A DNA stretch of 64,000 bases from an uncultured Clostridia bacterium (GTDB lineage Bacteria > Bacillota > Clostridia > TANB77 > CAG-508), in contig CANRBJ010000002.1 of NCBI GenBank assembly GCA_947628815.1, positions 3,584 to 67,583 of the forward strand, in the 5' to 3' direction. Position 1 is the first letter of the stretch. Each line of letters opens with the position of its first letter. The translations under genes and the position numbers were made by a program. A model generated the notes under the pieces. It was given only the letters and a program-made list of their open reading frames with translations, searched no databases and was not told the origin of the DNA. Shown one piece after another: positions 52,985 to 62,015 of the stretch.

Positions 52985-53157
52985 TACATCAACCCCATTT
53001 CTTCATAATATTTTTTCTCTGCCTCTATTTCAGAATACGGAATACTATCAACATCTGCATCGGTTACACCCATAACAGATTTAATAGTTTCCTTAGATTC
53101 TCCGTATGCAAGGGCCTTTATAATTTGTCTCTTCACATCGTCTTTAATTGTTACCAC
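52984..53157 (-). CDS. Hypothetical small protein in the lysis cassette
   Basis: ORF track gives 52984..53223. GTG at 53157 lies 6 nt after a GGGAGGG RBS. Shares a stop/start junction with the endolysin. Confidence 0.4.
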   Translation of the reverse strand: MVTIKDDVKRQIIKALAYGESKETIKSVMGVTDADVDSIPYSEIEAEKKYYEEMGLM

Positions 53158-53560
53158 TATTATCCCTCCCTGTAGTTTCAGGTAATCCATCAATACTAGT
53201 AAGATAAGAAAGCAATCCAGCAAGAATGCTAGCGGATAGTACTGCTATCCAATCTACCTCTTGAATAATTACACTTACTCCGATTGTAGATGCTGCAGTT
53301 TGTGCTGCAGTTTTAAGAGCCCTTATGGAGGCAGATGCAGCCCAAGTCTTAGCAGAATTTCCAGTATCCAATTCTGGAAGATTTGTAAATATACTCGTAA
53401 GAATAGATACAATACCTGCTAAGGCTGCTACAGATGCTACTCTGACCCAATCTACCTCTGACATAACTGTAGCTACTCCCATTGTAGCGATAGCAGCTTG
53501 TGCCATGGTTTTGACGGCTCTAATTCCAGCAGCTTTTAACCATTTTTTCATAGATCTCAC
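53144..53560 (-). CDS. Holin candidate built from a tandemly duplicated two-TM module
   Basis: IRAVKTMAQAAIATMGVATVMSEVDWVRVASVAALAGIVSILTSIFTNLPE is repeated as IRALKTAAQTAASTIGVSVIIQEVDWIAVLSASILAGLLSYLTSIDGLPE. Lies adjacent to the endolysin. Confidence 0.6.
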   Translation of the reverse strand: MRSMKKWLKAAGIRAVKTMAQAAIATMGVATVMSEVDWVRVASVAALAGIVSILTSIFTNLPELDTGNSAKTWAASASIRALKTAAQTAASTIGVSVIIQEVDWIAVLSASILAGLLSYLTSIDGLPETTGRDNSGNN

Positions 53561-53570
53561 CTCTATAATA

Positions 53571-54005
53571 TTATACCAGATGATACCAAATCATTCTAGT
53601 TAGCACTCTTATTCGAGCCCTCCTAGAATCGTCTTGGACATCCTTGTAAATATATATAAGGTGATTACATTTTTTACTTTCATATATAGAATCTTTTACG
53701 GATCTACATACTTCTTTATCATCTACGTAAGATAGTATCTCCTCCAAATAGGCCCGTGTAAATGACTTCCTTTGTTTCTTTTTATCTTGTAAGATTTTTA
53801 TTACTTCCGGCTCTTTTCCCGTAAGTACCCAATCTATGGCCTCTGAATGTAACAATAAGTTGCCGGTTTGATTTGCCTTCTTACGAGCTTCAACTGCAAC
53901 CCACATTACTCCTTCATATACAGTGCTGAATTGTTTCTCTTTGCATAACTCGTTAAATTCTTCTATGTGCATCATTGACATTGAGTATGAACCCTCTTCC
54001 AGCAC
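53571..54005 (-). CDS. Hypothetical protein
   Basis: 144-codon ORF. The start is uncertain (candidate ATGs at 53981 and 53975). Confidence 0.5.
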   Translation of the reverse strand: MLEEGSYSMSMMHIEEFNELCKEKQFSTVYEGVMWVAVEARKKANQTGNLLLHSEAIDWVLTGKEPEVIKILQDKKKQRKSFTRAYLEEILSYVDDKEVCRSVKDSIYESKKCNHLIYIYKDVQDDSRRARIRVLTRMIWYHLV

Positions 54006-54433
54006 TTAGGACCTATACCTCTATTTATAGATTGAGGAGTAGTTAAAGTTTTACCACATATGCTACAGATTCCTTCGTGATACACCTTCATAGATGTATT
54101 TGTATCTAATGAATTTATTATTTTCATTAAATATACTAATCCTTGAAATATTGGATTATGTATGGAGAATCTGCTGTTCCTCGTTAATCTAACCGAAGTT
54201 TCGCTGCCTTTATACATGGCTGTATATTGCCAGGTGTTATCCAGACATAGATGATATATGAAAAGAGTATCTCTAGAAAATTTTTCCGGTTGTCTAGGTC
54301 TACTGAATTTATAGGTATGATAAACTCCGGTAGGGGATAATAAGGTAACTATGCCCTTCCCACCGGAGATATAATTTTTAATAGCTTTGCTCCCTATAAG
54401 CTCGGCAGAATTTTCATGATGAATATCACACAC
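53972..54433 (-). CDS. Hypothetical protein with a C-terminal GIGPKC zinc-ribbon-like motif (DUF6011-like)
   Basis: CSICGKTLTTPQSINRGIGPKCWKRV at the C-terminus. GTG start lies 11 nt after AGGGGG. Confidence 0.5.
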   Translation of the reverse strand: MCDIHHENSAELIGSKAIKNYISGGKGIVTLLSPTGVYHTYKFSRPRQPEKFSRDTLFIYHLCLDNTWQYTAMYKGSETSVRLTRNSRFSIHNPIFQGLVYLMKIINSLDTNTSMKVYHEGICSICGKTLTTPQSINRGIGPKCWKRVHTQCQ

Positions 54434-54466
54434 AGCATTATACCCCCTAAGTATAGTTTTCCATGT

Positions 54467-54481
54467 ATAATATAACGAATC
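54467..54481 (-). promoter_or_regulatory. Phage promoter-motif copy (ATTCGTTA-TATTAT), the rightmost copy
   Basis: 34 nt upstream of the 54433 start. Overlaps the stop of 54480..55505. Confidence 0.5.
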
Positions 54482-55505
54482 AACAGGGGTAGATTTTCGG
54501 TTTTGATAAATGTTTATCTATAGTATAATCTGCATATCTATGTGAACGTCTTATCATTTCGTCTAATATTCTTTGTTTATCATGAGAGAAATTACAGTAA
54601 TATAATTCTAAAGCATCTAGATAACATCTTAATTTGGTTTGAATAATTTTATATCCATCTTCCGAAGATGATACTTCGGTATTACAACCTCCACCCTGTC
54701 TTAGTAAATTCAATGGATGAGGTACTCGTCCAACTTCTTCATAACACCACTCAGCTAAAGTATTTATATCACCATTTATTGTCCATTCAATATCATTCAA
54801 TAACTGAGTAAGGTTGTCTACAAATTCCCCTTCAATGTTCCACTTCAAGGCAACTACATCAGTCCATAACTCAATAGCATATTTCAATATATCTGTGTAA
54901 CAAGATTCGGTAGAGAACTCTTCTATCGGCTGTATATCAAAGGAGTCACCGTCATCTTCTATAGAAAAGGAAACAGGTTCATCTTGTATCTGCTCCACAA
55001 AGGTATCATCCGATACAATAGCGTTTAAATCTGCTAATACGTCAGAGGCTGAATAGTTAGCACTTATAGCAGTCAGATTTATATTATCGCACTTCGAGGA
55101 GCTTATTCGCTGAAGAGTCACGGACATCTTTCTGCTTGATTTTACGTCAACTACTTCTCCAAGCAATTCTTTCATCGCTTCATCTCGTAACTTAGTTATA
55201 TCTTTAAGTTTAACTCTATTATACTTCTTATTACCCTTATTAGTCTTTATCTCTAGATTGACTAAAGTGTTGTCATCTATATCCAATTCCGATATATCTT
55301 CATCTATGGGTTTCCATATAACTTGTACTGTATTACCAGCAGCAGTTTTAAATTTTCTAGATAAACTGCCATTTGGCAGCTCTTCTAACTCTTCTACATC
55401 TGCCCCCCAGTTTTTAAGCATATCAAATCCAGAATCTAGTATTTTAGCGAATTTATCTACTATACCTTTTAAATCGCCTATTACTCCAGCTTTAACTTCT
55501 TTCAT
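54480..55505 (-). CDS. Hypothetical protein (last gene of the head block)
   Basis: 341-codon ORF with a TGAGGTAAG RBS context. Confidence 0.55.
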   Translation of the reverse strand: MKEVKAGVIGDLKGIVDKFAKILDSGFDMLKNWGADVEELEELPNGSLSRKFKTAAGNTVQVIWKPIDEDISELDIDDNTLVNLEIKTNKGNKKYNRVKLKDITKLRDEAMKELLGEVVDVKSSRKMSVTLQRISSSKCDNINLTAISANYSASDVLADLNAIVSDDTFVEQIQDEPVSFSIEDDGDSFDIQPIEEFSTESCYTDILKYAIELWTDVVALKWNIEGEFVDNLTQLLNDIEWTINGDINTLAEWCYEEVGRVPHPLNLLRQGGGCNTEVSSSEDGYKIIQTKLRCYLDALELYYCNFSHDKQRILDEMIRRSHRYADYTIDKHLSKPKIYPC

Positions 55506-55530
55506 AGAAACTTACCTCAAATCTTACAAT

Positions 55531-55571
55531 GTTAAATCAAAGCCCCTCAAGGTGTATCAACCAGAGGGGCT
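55531..55571 (-). terminator. Rho-independent terminator
   Basis: 8-bp GC-rich stem AGCCCCTC (55541-55548) with GAGGGGCT (55564-55571). On the minus strand it is followed by TTGATTT. Confidence 0.7.
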
Positions 55572-55595
55572 CATAAATTTTGCTGAATGTATAAA

Positions 55596-55964
55596 TTATC
55601 TACCTCGTCTTGCAGCGGATGAAGGAATCTTACGAATGGTTCTACCACTCTTAATAGACTGACTCGCAGAGGATCTACGTCTACGAGTTGAAGCAGCTAC
55701 AAACCGTTTACCACGGAATGCTTTACGAGAAGCTTCAAGTACTTCTTCGTCGCCATCTGCTTCTACTGTGTATTCATCTTCACCTACCGCAAATACCACG
55801 GCATCTTCCTCTGCAGTCACCTCTACAGGTTCACCTGTTACTTCTGCAACAAGCTCTGCAACATCTTCCGCTTCAAAAAGAAGATCAGAAGCTTCCGGAG
55901 CTACCTGAGCGCCAGCTGTATCAATGTCATCGTTTGCTAAAATACGTTTTCTTTGAATATACAT
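55596..55964 (-). CDS. Hypothetical head-associated protein (acidic core, Arg-rich C-terminus)
   Basis: GAGGAG RBS 8 nt upstream. The antisense ORF 55688..56005 has no RBS. Confidence 0.5.
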   Translation of the reverse strand: MYIQRKRILANDDIDTAGAQVAPEASDLLFEAEDVAELVAEVTGEPVEVTAEEDAVVFAVGEDEYTVEADGDEEVLEASRKAFRGKRFVAASTRRRRSSASQSIKSGRTIRKIPSSAARRGR

Positions 55965-56010
55965 TTAAATTCTCCTCACATAATTATTATTGTAATCGAT
56001 TATAATAAAA

Positions 56011-56721
56011 TCAGTTAAGAATAACTAATTTACTCTTCTTAGCTTCCAGTTCTTCACGTATCTTATCCAGTTCTGCGTTAGCTTCATTAAGTAACACATC
56101 ACCATCTAATGATACGTTGGAGCCCTCTATAGTATATTTGGACCTAATTCTACCTAATGCTTTCTTGGTGTAGGCCTCACTTAACCTTATTAGATAATTC
56201 TGCCAAGTATTACTTTTAATCTCATCAACATCTTGATAATCTGGTACATACCTGATAGTTACAAAGGCAGGTCGAGGATCTCTATGGGCACAATATATTA
56301 CATCGTTATCTAAATCATACTTCCACTGGAAATCTGTAGATAAAGTATTTCGTACCTGAGCCATAGCCATCTCAGTCATTATAGGATCAATATTTATAGA
56401 GGAAGTTTGACCTATAGCACTATAGGTGTTAACTGAAGCAGCAACCTGGAAGACATTACCACTTTCTATAGAACCCATGGTTAAACCTATTCTAGGGATT
56501 GATGCATATACATATAATACATTAACTGTATGTATATCATTTGCTGCCAGGTCAATTCGGGTGGAGAATGGAACGGTCTTATCTACTGGACTCTTAATGT
56601 ACCTTTTTAATTCCTTAAAGGCGATTAGAACAGCTTTCTCAATATCTAAACCTTCCACATTCTCATTAGTCGGAAGGCCTAGCATAAAACTTACTTGCTC
56701 TACTATTTCAGACATTTTCAT
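56011..56721 (-). CDS. Hypothetical structural protein
   Basis: 236-codon ORF in the head block. Family not recognised. Confidence 0.45.
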   Translation of the reverse strand: MKMSEIVEQVSFMLGLPTNENVEGLDIEKAVLIAFKELKRYIKSPVDKTVPFSTRIDLAANDIHTVNVLYVYASIPRIGLTMGSIESGNVFQVAASVNTYSAIGQTSSINIDPIMTEMAMAQVRNTLSTDFQWKYDLDNDVIYCAHRDPRPAFVTIRYVPDYQDVDEIKSNTWQNYLIRLSEAYTKKALGRIRSKYTIEGSNVSLDGDVLLNEANAELDKIREELEAKKSKLVILN

Positions 56722-56765
56722 TTTATCTAGACCCTCCTATCTAACAAATAATTAATAATGTTAGT

Positions 56766-57290
56766 TTATATAGCTATCTGACGAAGAATCTCCTCAGTAT
56801 CACTCTTTATAGAATTAGCAACTGTTGATACTTGACCAACTGCTTCGCTTATCTCTGCTATTCCTGCAACAGGTGTAGTATCTACAGTAACTTCGAAGCC
56901 TTGGCCTATCATACCTTTACTAATCTGCTCCCAATAGATCGATTCTTTGTAATCATCGCCGATTTCAAATGAAATACCTTCATTTTCTTCCCCGGCTTTC
57001 TCAGCAGCTACAGCGGTTTCTATGGCCTGCTCAAATTTAGCAAGTCTGATTGGTGCAGTAGCAATAGGAACGATACCTCTGAGAAAATCCTCTAACGTAC
57101 CATATGTACCAACATTAGTAGCATATACTGACTTACCATAGAGTTCTTTCTCTCCATCTTTGTCCATAACACCATACTTGTAAGCCGGTGTATCAATATA
57201 TGAACTGTTAGGCTCAAATACTGAACAAACAGGTGAACCATTTCTTACACTATCAAAAGTAGTGCCAATATACTTAATAGTAACTTTCAT
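56766..57290 (-). CDS. Hypothetical structural protein downstream of the capsid gene
   Basis: 174-codon ORF with a GGAGGTAATC RBS context. Confidence 0.45.
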   Translation of the reverse strand: MKVTIKYIGTTFDSVRNGSPVCSVFEPNSSYIDTPAYKYGVMDKDGEKELYGKSVYATNVGTYGTLEDFLRGIVPIATAPIRLAKFEQAIETAVAAEKAGEENEGISFEIGDDYKESIYWEQISKGMIGQGFEVTVDTTPVAGIAEISEAVGQVSTVANSIKSDTEEILRQIAI

Positions 57291-57313
57291 CTTTGATTAC
57301 CTCCTATGGTCAA

Positions 57314-58765
57314 TTAATATACGCCAAGAATTCTACCAGAAACAACTGTTTCGGGATTTACAACCTTCATAGCATACATCGTAGCATAACCCTGCTGTAC
57401 AGATGCATTAGCAAGTCCAATTGCGTCTGTATTGGTAAGAGGCATGTACTCACCAAAGAGGGCAGAATTTCGACGGATATCATTTGATTTACAACTCATT
57501 ACCCATTTGTCCGGGTCTTGAGTAGGTACGCAATATACATCAAACTGATCTAATGTACCAAGCTTGTAAGGACCTACAGTCTCTTGAGCAGCCTCTGCCT
57601 GGAATCCATCAATCATGGAGATATAACTTGCTACATTAGTACCTACAGAAAGCTTATTAGGTCTTGTAAGCATTGTCTTCTGATATACACTAGCAGCAGC
57701 TTGATTGAGCTTAAGCTTAAACATATTCAAGTAATCCGAAGGAACTACAGAACCACCGAGTACTGCACTAGCATCCCAGTTAAATTGAGGAGCAGGTGCT
57801 GCAGCTCTTTCAAGTGCTTGGAAACCATTTGTATTGATCTCAGCAGTTAGTTCAGAGAAAGCAGCTTCTTTGGCAATATCACCTATATTAGAACCATATT
57901 CTTGCTGAGCAGCAAATGCAGAATAGATTGACCAGTAACAAGCGATCTGATGGGCTTCTGCTACAAGATTGAATTCATCAAGCTGCAGATAACCTTTACC
58001 CATATTAGCACCGTAGTTACCACCTTCATCTGGGCCTACAGTTTCATTATCATATTGATAAGTAGCAGTTACTTTATCTCCAGGTTGAAATTCACTGAGT
58101 ATGCTCTCGTCATCAAATACGATAGTACCATTAGAATAATTGATATAACCTACTTGCTTGTCTTTTGCATCTTTAAGATAACCAGAACCGTCATCCATAT
58201 AAGGTGTAGTATCTGCGCTCTTACTTACTCTAACTGTAACAGAACCTGGAAGTATGGGAGTATAAGCACAAGCTAAAGAAACAGTACCATCACCCTCTGT
58301 GAGGATTTCATTCTTAATAACTCTACCAGTGAAGTTAGGATCAACACCCTGACGGTTTACAAATGGAGAAGAAAGTACCCGACCTGCAGGCGTCTCGCCC
58401 TTTTTATTTTCAGCAATGAACTTGAAATAAGGAACAAGTTGCTGACGACTCTTCATTGCCACAGAACCAAATACATCCAGGATAAGCAACTTCTGTACGA
58501 AAAGAGGAAGTAACTCAAGAAAATCTGGTCTAGCTATAATATTTGATGTATTTGTAGCACCCATTATAGATTGTTTACGTGAAGTACTCTGAAGTTGTTG
58601 AGCAAATCTTCTCTGTTCAGGAGTAAGTCCGACGAAGCTAGCAGTAATGCCCTTATTAGCTGCACGATTGTATGCACTTGCAGTGACTGAACGATGACCA
58701 TTTATAGGCCTTCTGGTCGAAGCACTAACAGGCATCTTACGTGCATTTGTAGTCTTCCTAATCAT
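57314..58765 (-). CDS. Major capsid protein candidate
   Basis: 483 aa, immediately downstream of a protease/scaffold-like gene, with an AGAGGTG RBS. The assignment rests on gene order and size only. Confidence 0.5.
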   Translation of the reverse strand: MIRKTTNARKMPVSASTRRPINGHRSVTASAYNRAANKGITASFVGLTPEQRRFAQQLQSTSRKQSIMGATNTSNIIARPDFLELLPLFVQKLLILDVFGSVAMKSRQQLVPYFKFIAENKKGETPAGRVLSSPFVNRQGVDPNFTGRVIKNEILTEGDGTVSLACAYTPILPGSVTVRVSKSADTTPYMDDGSGYLKDAKDKQVGYINYSNGTIVFDDESILSEFQPGDKVTATYQYDNETVGPDEGGNYGANMGKGYLQLDEFNLVAEAHQIACYWSIYSAFAAQQEYGSNIGDIAKEAAFSELTAEINTNGFQALERAAAPAPQFNWDASAVLGGSVVPSDYLNMFKLKLNQAAASVYQKTMLTRPNKLSVGTNVASYISMIDGFQAEAAQETVGPYKLGTLDQFDVYCVPTQDPDKWVMSCKSNDIRRNSALFGEYMPLTNTDAIGLANASVQQGYATMYAMKVVNPETVVSGRILGVY

Positions 58766-58794
58766 AGTATTTTACACCTCTATTTATTATTATA

Positions 58795-60195
58795 TTACAA
58801 TGTGACCATATCATCTTCCTCATAGTCATCTATATCTAGTGGAACGGGTTGAGGTTCTACAAATACGGAAGATATATTGGCCGTTGATGTGCCACCTATC
58901 AATTTCTGTAGTTCTTCTACAGAAGTCGTAGCATTCACATCTAAGTGATCAAGATTCACGCCGATAATATGCGAATACATAGAGGCGTAAGCCTCTTGGT
59001 AACTTGCAATCATCTTATAAGCAGCCTCTATCTCTTTTTGAAGGTCTCTATTCTGTGCATCCAAGTTAGATGTCCTCTTCTTTGTATTAGAAGCAGCAGT
59101 GACAGTTTCATTGAGCTTAATACGAAGATGGGAAATAGTAGCATCCTTCTCCTGAAGTTGAGAACTACTGGCTGAAATCTTCTGTTTATATTTAAGGTTA
59201 GAATTTTCAAGAGATTTAATCTTATTTTCTAGAACCTTATTAGCTTTGACAATTCTTTGATATTTCCTATCTAATACTTCCATATTAGATTGAATATCAG
59301 ATAGTTGAGAGGAGGTTATTCTTTCTATACTGGAAATCTTTCTTCTAGATCTAACCTTTTCTCCAGATAACTTTTTTCTTAGACGAGTGTTTTCGCTTTT
59401 TAAAGAGGAGGAACATTCTACTTCTCGTAAGTATAGATTAGTCATAGCATTGATGCGCTCATTATCCAGATCTTTCACACCATCTGAATACATATCATCG
59501 TCTTTACATTCTTCCTCACATACTTCTCTTTTATGCGCTTCGAGGGCTTTATATTCATCCGATTGCTCAGCAAACTGCGATTGAATAATGTCCAATGATT
59601 CAGACATGGTAATGCTATCCAAGTTCTCGTTAACAGCGGCGCATACTGCTTTATATTTAGCTCGCTGATTCAAATCAGTAGAAGCTGCAACTTCAGAAAA
59701 GGTTGGAATAGATTCAGGAAAAGCTGGAAATGTGACTAAGTCAAATCCCCTGAATACAAAAGTATCGGGGTCTACTGAATTATCTACTATATCTCCTGCG
59801 CCTCTTACTGAAATGCCGAAGGTAACTCCTGCATCTTGAAAAGCTTTTACTATTCTACCTACTGGGGTATCTATCAAGTCGAACTTACCTTGAACCTTAC
59901 CGTCTGAATCGATATTACCTTCTCTCATAACTATACAAGCATGCTCGAAATCCATACAGTTAGGATCTTCTGGATGACCTAAGAAACCTATGTACCAGCC
60001 TAAGTCAATACCTTGTTTGAATTCATCTGAATTAAATACGTTTTCCCAAACAGGTCTAGTAATATCTAGACCATTTAGATTTGTAATGTTAGCATCAGCA
60101 CATTCTCCTGTATAAGTACCTAATACAGAAAACTTAGGTATCGAAGATTCTGCTTTAACTGTCTTTTTATTTGCCAACGTAATTTCACCTCTCAT
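58795..60195 (-). CDS. Prohead protease / scaffolding fusion candidate
   Basis: Globular N-terminal half (GFLGHPED...GISVRGAGD), a long heptad-rich coiled-coil C-terminal half, and an acidic tail. Confidence 0.4.
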   Translation of the reverse strand: MRGEITLANKKTVKAESSIPKFSVLGTYTGECADANITNLNGLDITRPVWENVFNSDEFKQGIDLGWYIGFLGHPEDPNCMDFEHACIVMREGNIDSDGKVQGKFDLIDTPVGRIVKAFQDAGVTFGISVRGAGDIVDNSVDPDTFVFRGFDLVTFPAFPESIPTFSEVAASTDLNQRAKYKAVCAAVNENLDSITMSESLDIIQSQFAEQSDEYKALEAHKREVCEEECKDDDMYSDGVKDLDNERINAMTNLYLREVECSSSLKSENTRLRKKLSGEKVRSRRKISSIERITSSQLSDIQSNMEVLDRKYQRIVKANKVLENKIKSLENSNLKYKQKISASSSQLQEKDATISHLRIKLNETVTAASNTKKRTSNLDAQNRDLQKEIEAAYKMIASYQEAYASMYSHIIGVNLDHLDVNATTSVEELQKLIGGTSTANISSVFVEPQPVPLDIDDYEEDDMVTL

Positions 60196-60533
60196 TTCAA
60201 AAGTTTACTAGTTAACCTAACTAAGCCACCAACCATCAATGTCTTGGCAATCTGCTTAAGTACACCAGATTCTACAGATTCTGATAAATCTATTTCTCCT
60301 AAAGATTCTAATTCTTGATAAGCAGATGAATTAGCATCTTCTATATCTTCTATTACATCAGGTTCTACTTTAATATCAGTGGCCTCATAGTCTCCTATGA
60401 TGTAAGTTGATCCTCCTATAGATAATTGGATATTATTAGAAGTCTCTACTATCTGAATATCTAAATCTTTTAACTCATCTATCTGAGTTAAAAGCCCTAA
60501 AAGAGCAGCTGGCGTAAATACTAATTCTTGCAT
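60192..60533 (-). CDS. Hypothetical acidic structural-module protein
   Basis: 113-codon ORF with a 4-nt overlap with the downstream gene. Confidence 0.45.
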   Translation of the reverse strand: MQELVFTPAALLGLLTQIDELKDLDIQIVETSNNIQLSIGGSTYIIGDYEATDIKVEPDVIEDIEDANSSAYQELESLGEIDLSESVESGVLKQIAKTLMVGGLVRLTSKLLK

Positions 60534-60548
60534 ATGTTACATCTCTCC

Positions 60549-61583
60549 TTATCCATAAAATTCATACCATTTAAGTTTGCCTGAATTCTCCTCTATTTTA
60601 TCTAGGCCGGTGAGCTGCTTCAAACTTCCTAGTTGAATCTTCCATATAACCTGTACCACTTGGTTGATCCCTACTCTAAGTATTTGCCTATCTAATTTTT
60701 CTCTGTTATCAGCCTCTCGCATGTCCCAATTATCCGAATCCGGTGGAGCTATTCTATAACCTGCAAGAAGTCCGTTGTATCCTGTATATGAATAATTTCC
60801 AGACTCTTTAGGATTATCTTTGTTCAACACGCTCCAATCTTTTTGAGCCCAGAGACCGGCTTCGGTTATGTAGATGTAATCTTTACCTGGTTCTCTAAAT
60901 TGCGCTAAAGCACCAGTGGATATCATCGCACTAAATACTACATCTATAGTTTCTGGTAATTCTGCTTCTATTTCTGGTACTACATCTCGAAATGATATAG
61001 AAGACCTCGGAAAACTAGAAGAAATCAATTCGCAATTTATAGTACTTGCAGATTCTCTATCTGCATAACGCTTGCCTAAACCCATATACGGTCTGTTATT
61101 ATTTGCATTAATGTCATATCCATCTGCTCCGTATCCAGGGCATTGAGTAATGTAATCATTGTATCTCAAAACATCTATATGCGTAGATGATATTTTATCG
61201 GAAGGTTTAACGCCGACATAATTTCCATTTCCATCTACTATCTTTAAGAACTTCTTATCAGATTCAGATAAATCTGCATATATATGCTTGGTGTAATCAA
61301 TCACCCCTATTCCGGCAGGTAAACCGTCTCTAGTTTCATTTTGGTTTATAAGACCCATAGTACCTAAAGATATATATTTAGGTACAAATTGACCTAATAA
61401 AGCGCTACCTTGATTAAGGACACCTTGACCTGTTAAATAATAACCTATACCTGTAAGTAATCCATTAGTGGCACTATTATGACCTACATGCGTCTGAATT
61501 ACTTTATGAGTATCGGCATCTAATACCCGAAATGCTACATTATGACGAATTCCAAGGTCTTTAGCAGCTTTAACTGCATTCAA
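60549..61583 (-). CDS. Hypothetical structural protein
   Basis: 344-codon ORF with a TAGGAGGTG RBS. Family not recognised. Confidence 0.45.
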   Translation of the reverse strand: MNAVKAAKDLGIRHNVAFRVLDADTHKVIQTHVGHNSATNGLLTGIGYYLTGQGVLNQGSALLGQFVPKYISLGTMGLINQNETRDGLPAGIGVIDYTKHIYADLSESDKKFLKIVDGNGNYVGVKPSDKISSTHIDVLRYNDYITQCPGYGADGYDINANNNRPYMGLGKRYADRESASTINCELISSSFPRSSISFRDVVPEIEAELPETIDVVFSAMISTGALAQFREPGKDYIYITEAGLWAQKDWSVLNKDNPKESGNYSYTGYNGLLAGYRIAPPDSDNWDMREADNREKLDRQILRVGINQVVQVIWKIQLGSLKQLTGLDKIEENSGKLKWYEFYG

Positions 61584-61626
61584 AAACTCTGCACCTCCTA
61601 ATGAATAATTCTATCTGATTATTATA

Positions 61627-61989
61627 TCAAGGGATCTCATTATCATTTAAAGTACCGTCTGGATTCACCTCTTCCTCGCAATGATATGAAATATCGGTAC
61701 TTCTATATGAATTTTTCTTAACTATCTGTATAGTATATGATTTAGATATCATATCATCACCTAGAGTAGGTTTATCTTCTACCCTCCTATGAAGATCAGG
61801 ATTAGTATAGCCAGTTAATTCCTTATTCATATCTTCATCATTTGCGGGTTGGGCTACACCAGGTAATTTATCTGGATTTGGGTTATCTTGATCTAACACC
61901 AATATTCCACTTCCGGCAACTCTTGGAATATCAAGGGGGTCATCCAAACCATTGTAGGTTTCAATATGCTTGTTATCCATATAATCCAC
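61627..61989 (-). CDS. Hypothetical protein
   Basis: 120-codon ORF with an AGAGGTGG RBS. Confidence 0.45.
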   Translation of the reverse strand: MDYMDNKHIETYNGLDDPLDIPRVAGSGILVLDQDNPNPDKLPGVAQPANDEDMNKELTGYTNPDLHRRVEDKPTLGDDMISKSYTIQIVKKNSYRSTDISYHCEEEVNPDGTLNDNEIP

Positions 61990-62015
61990 CTCTATTTATT
62001 ATATAAAAGGTATTA

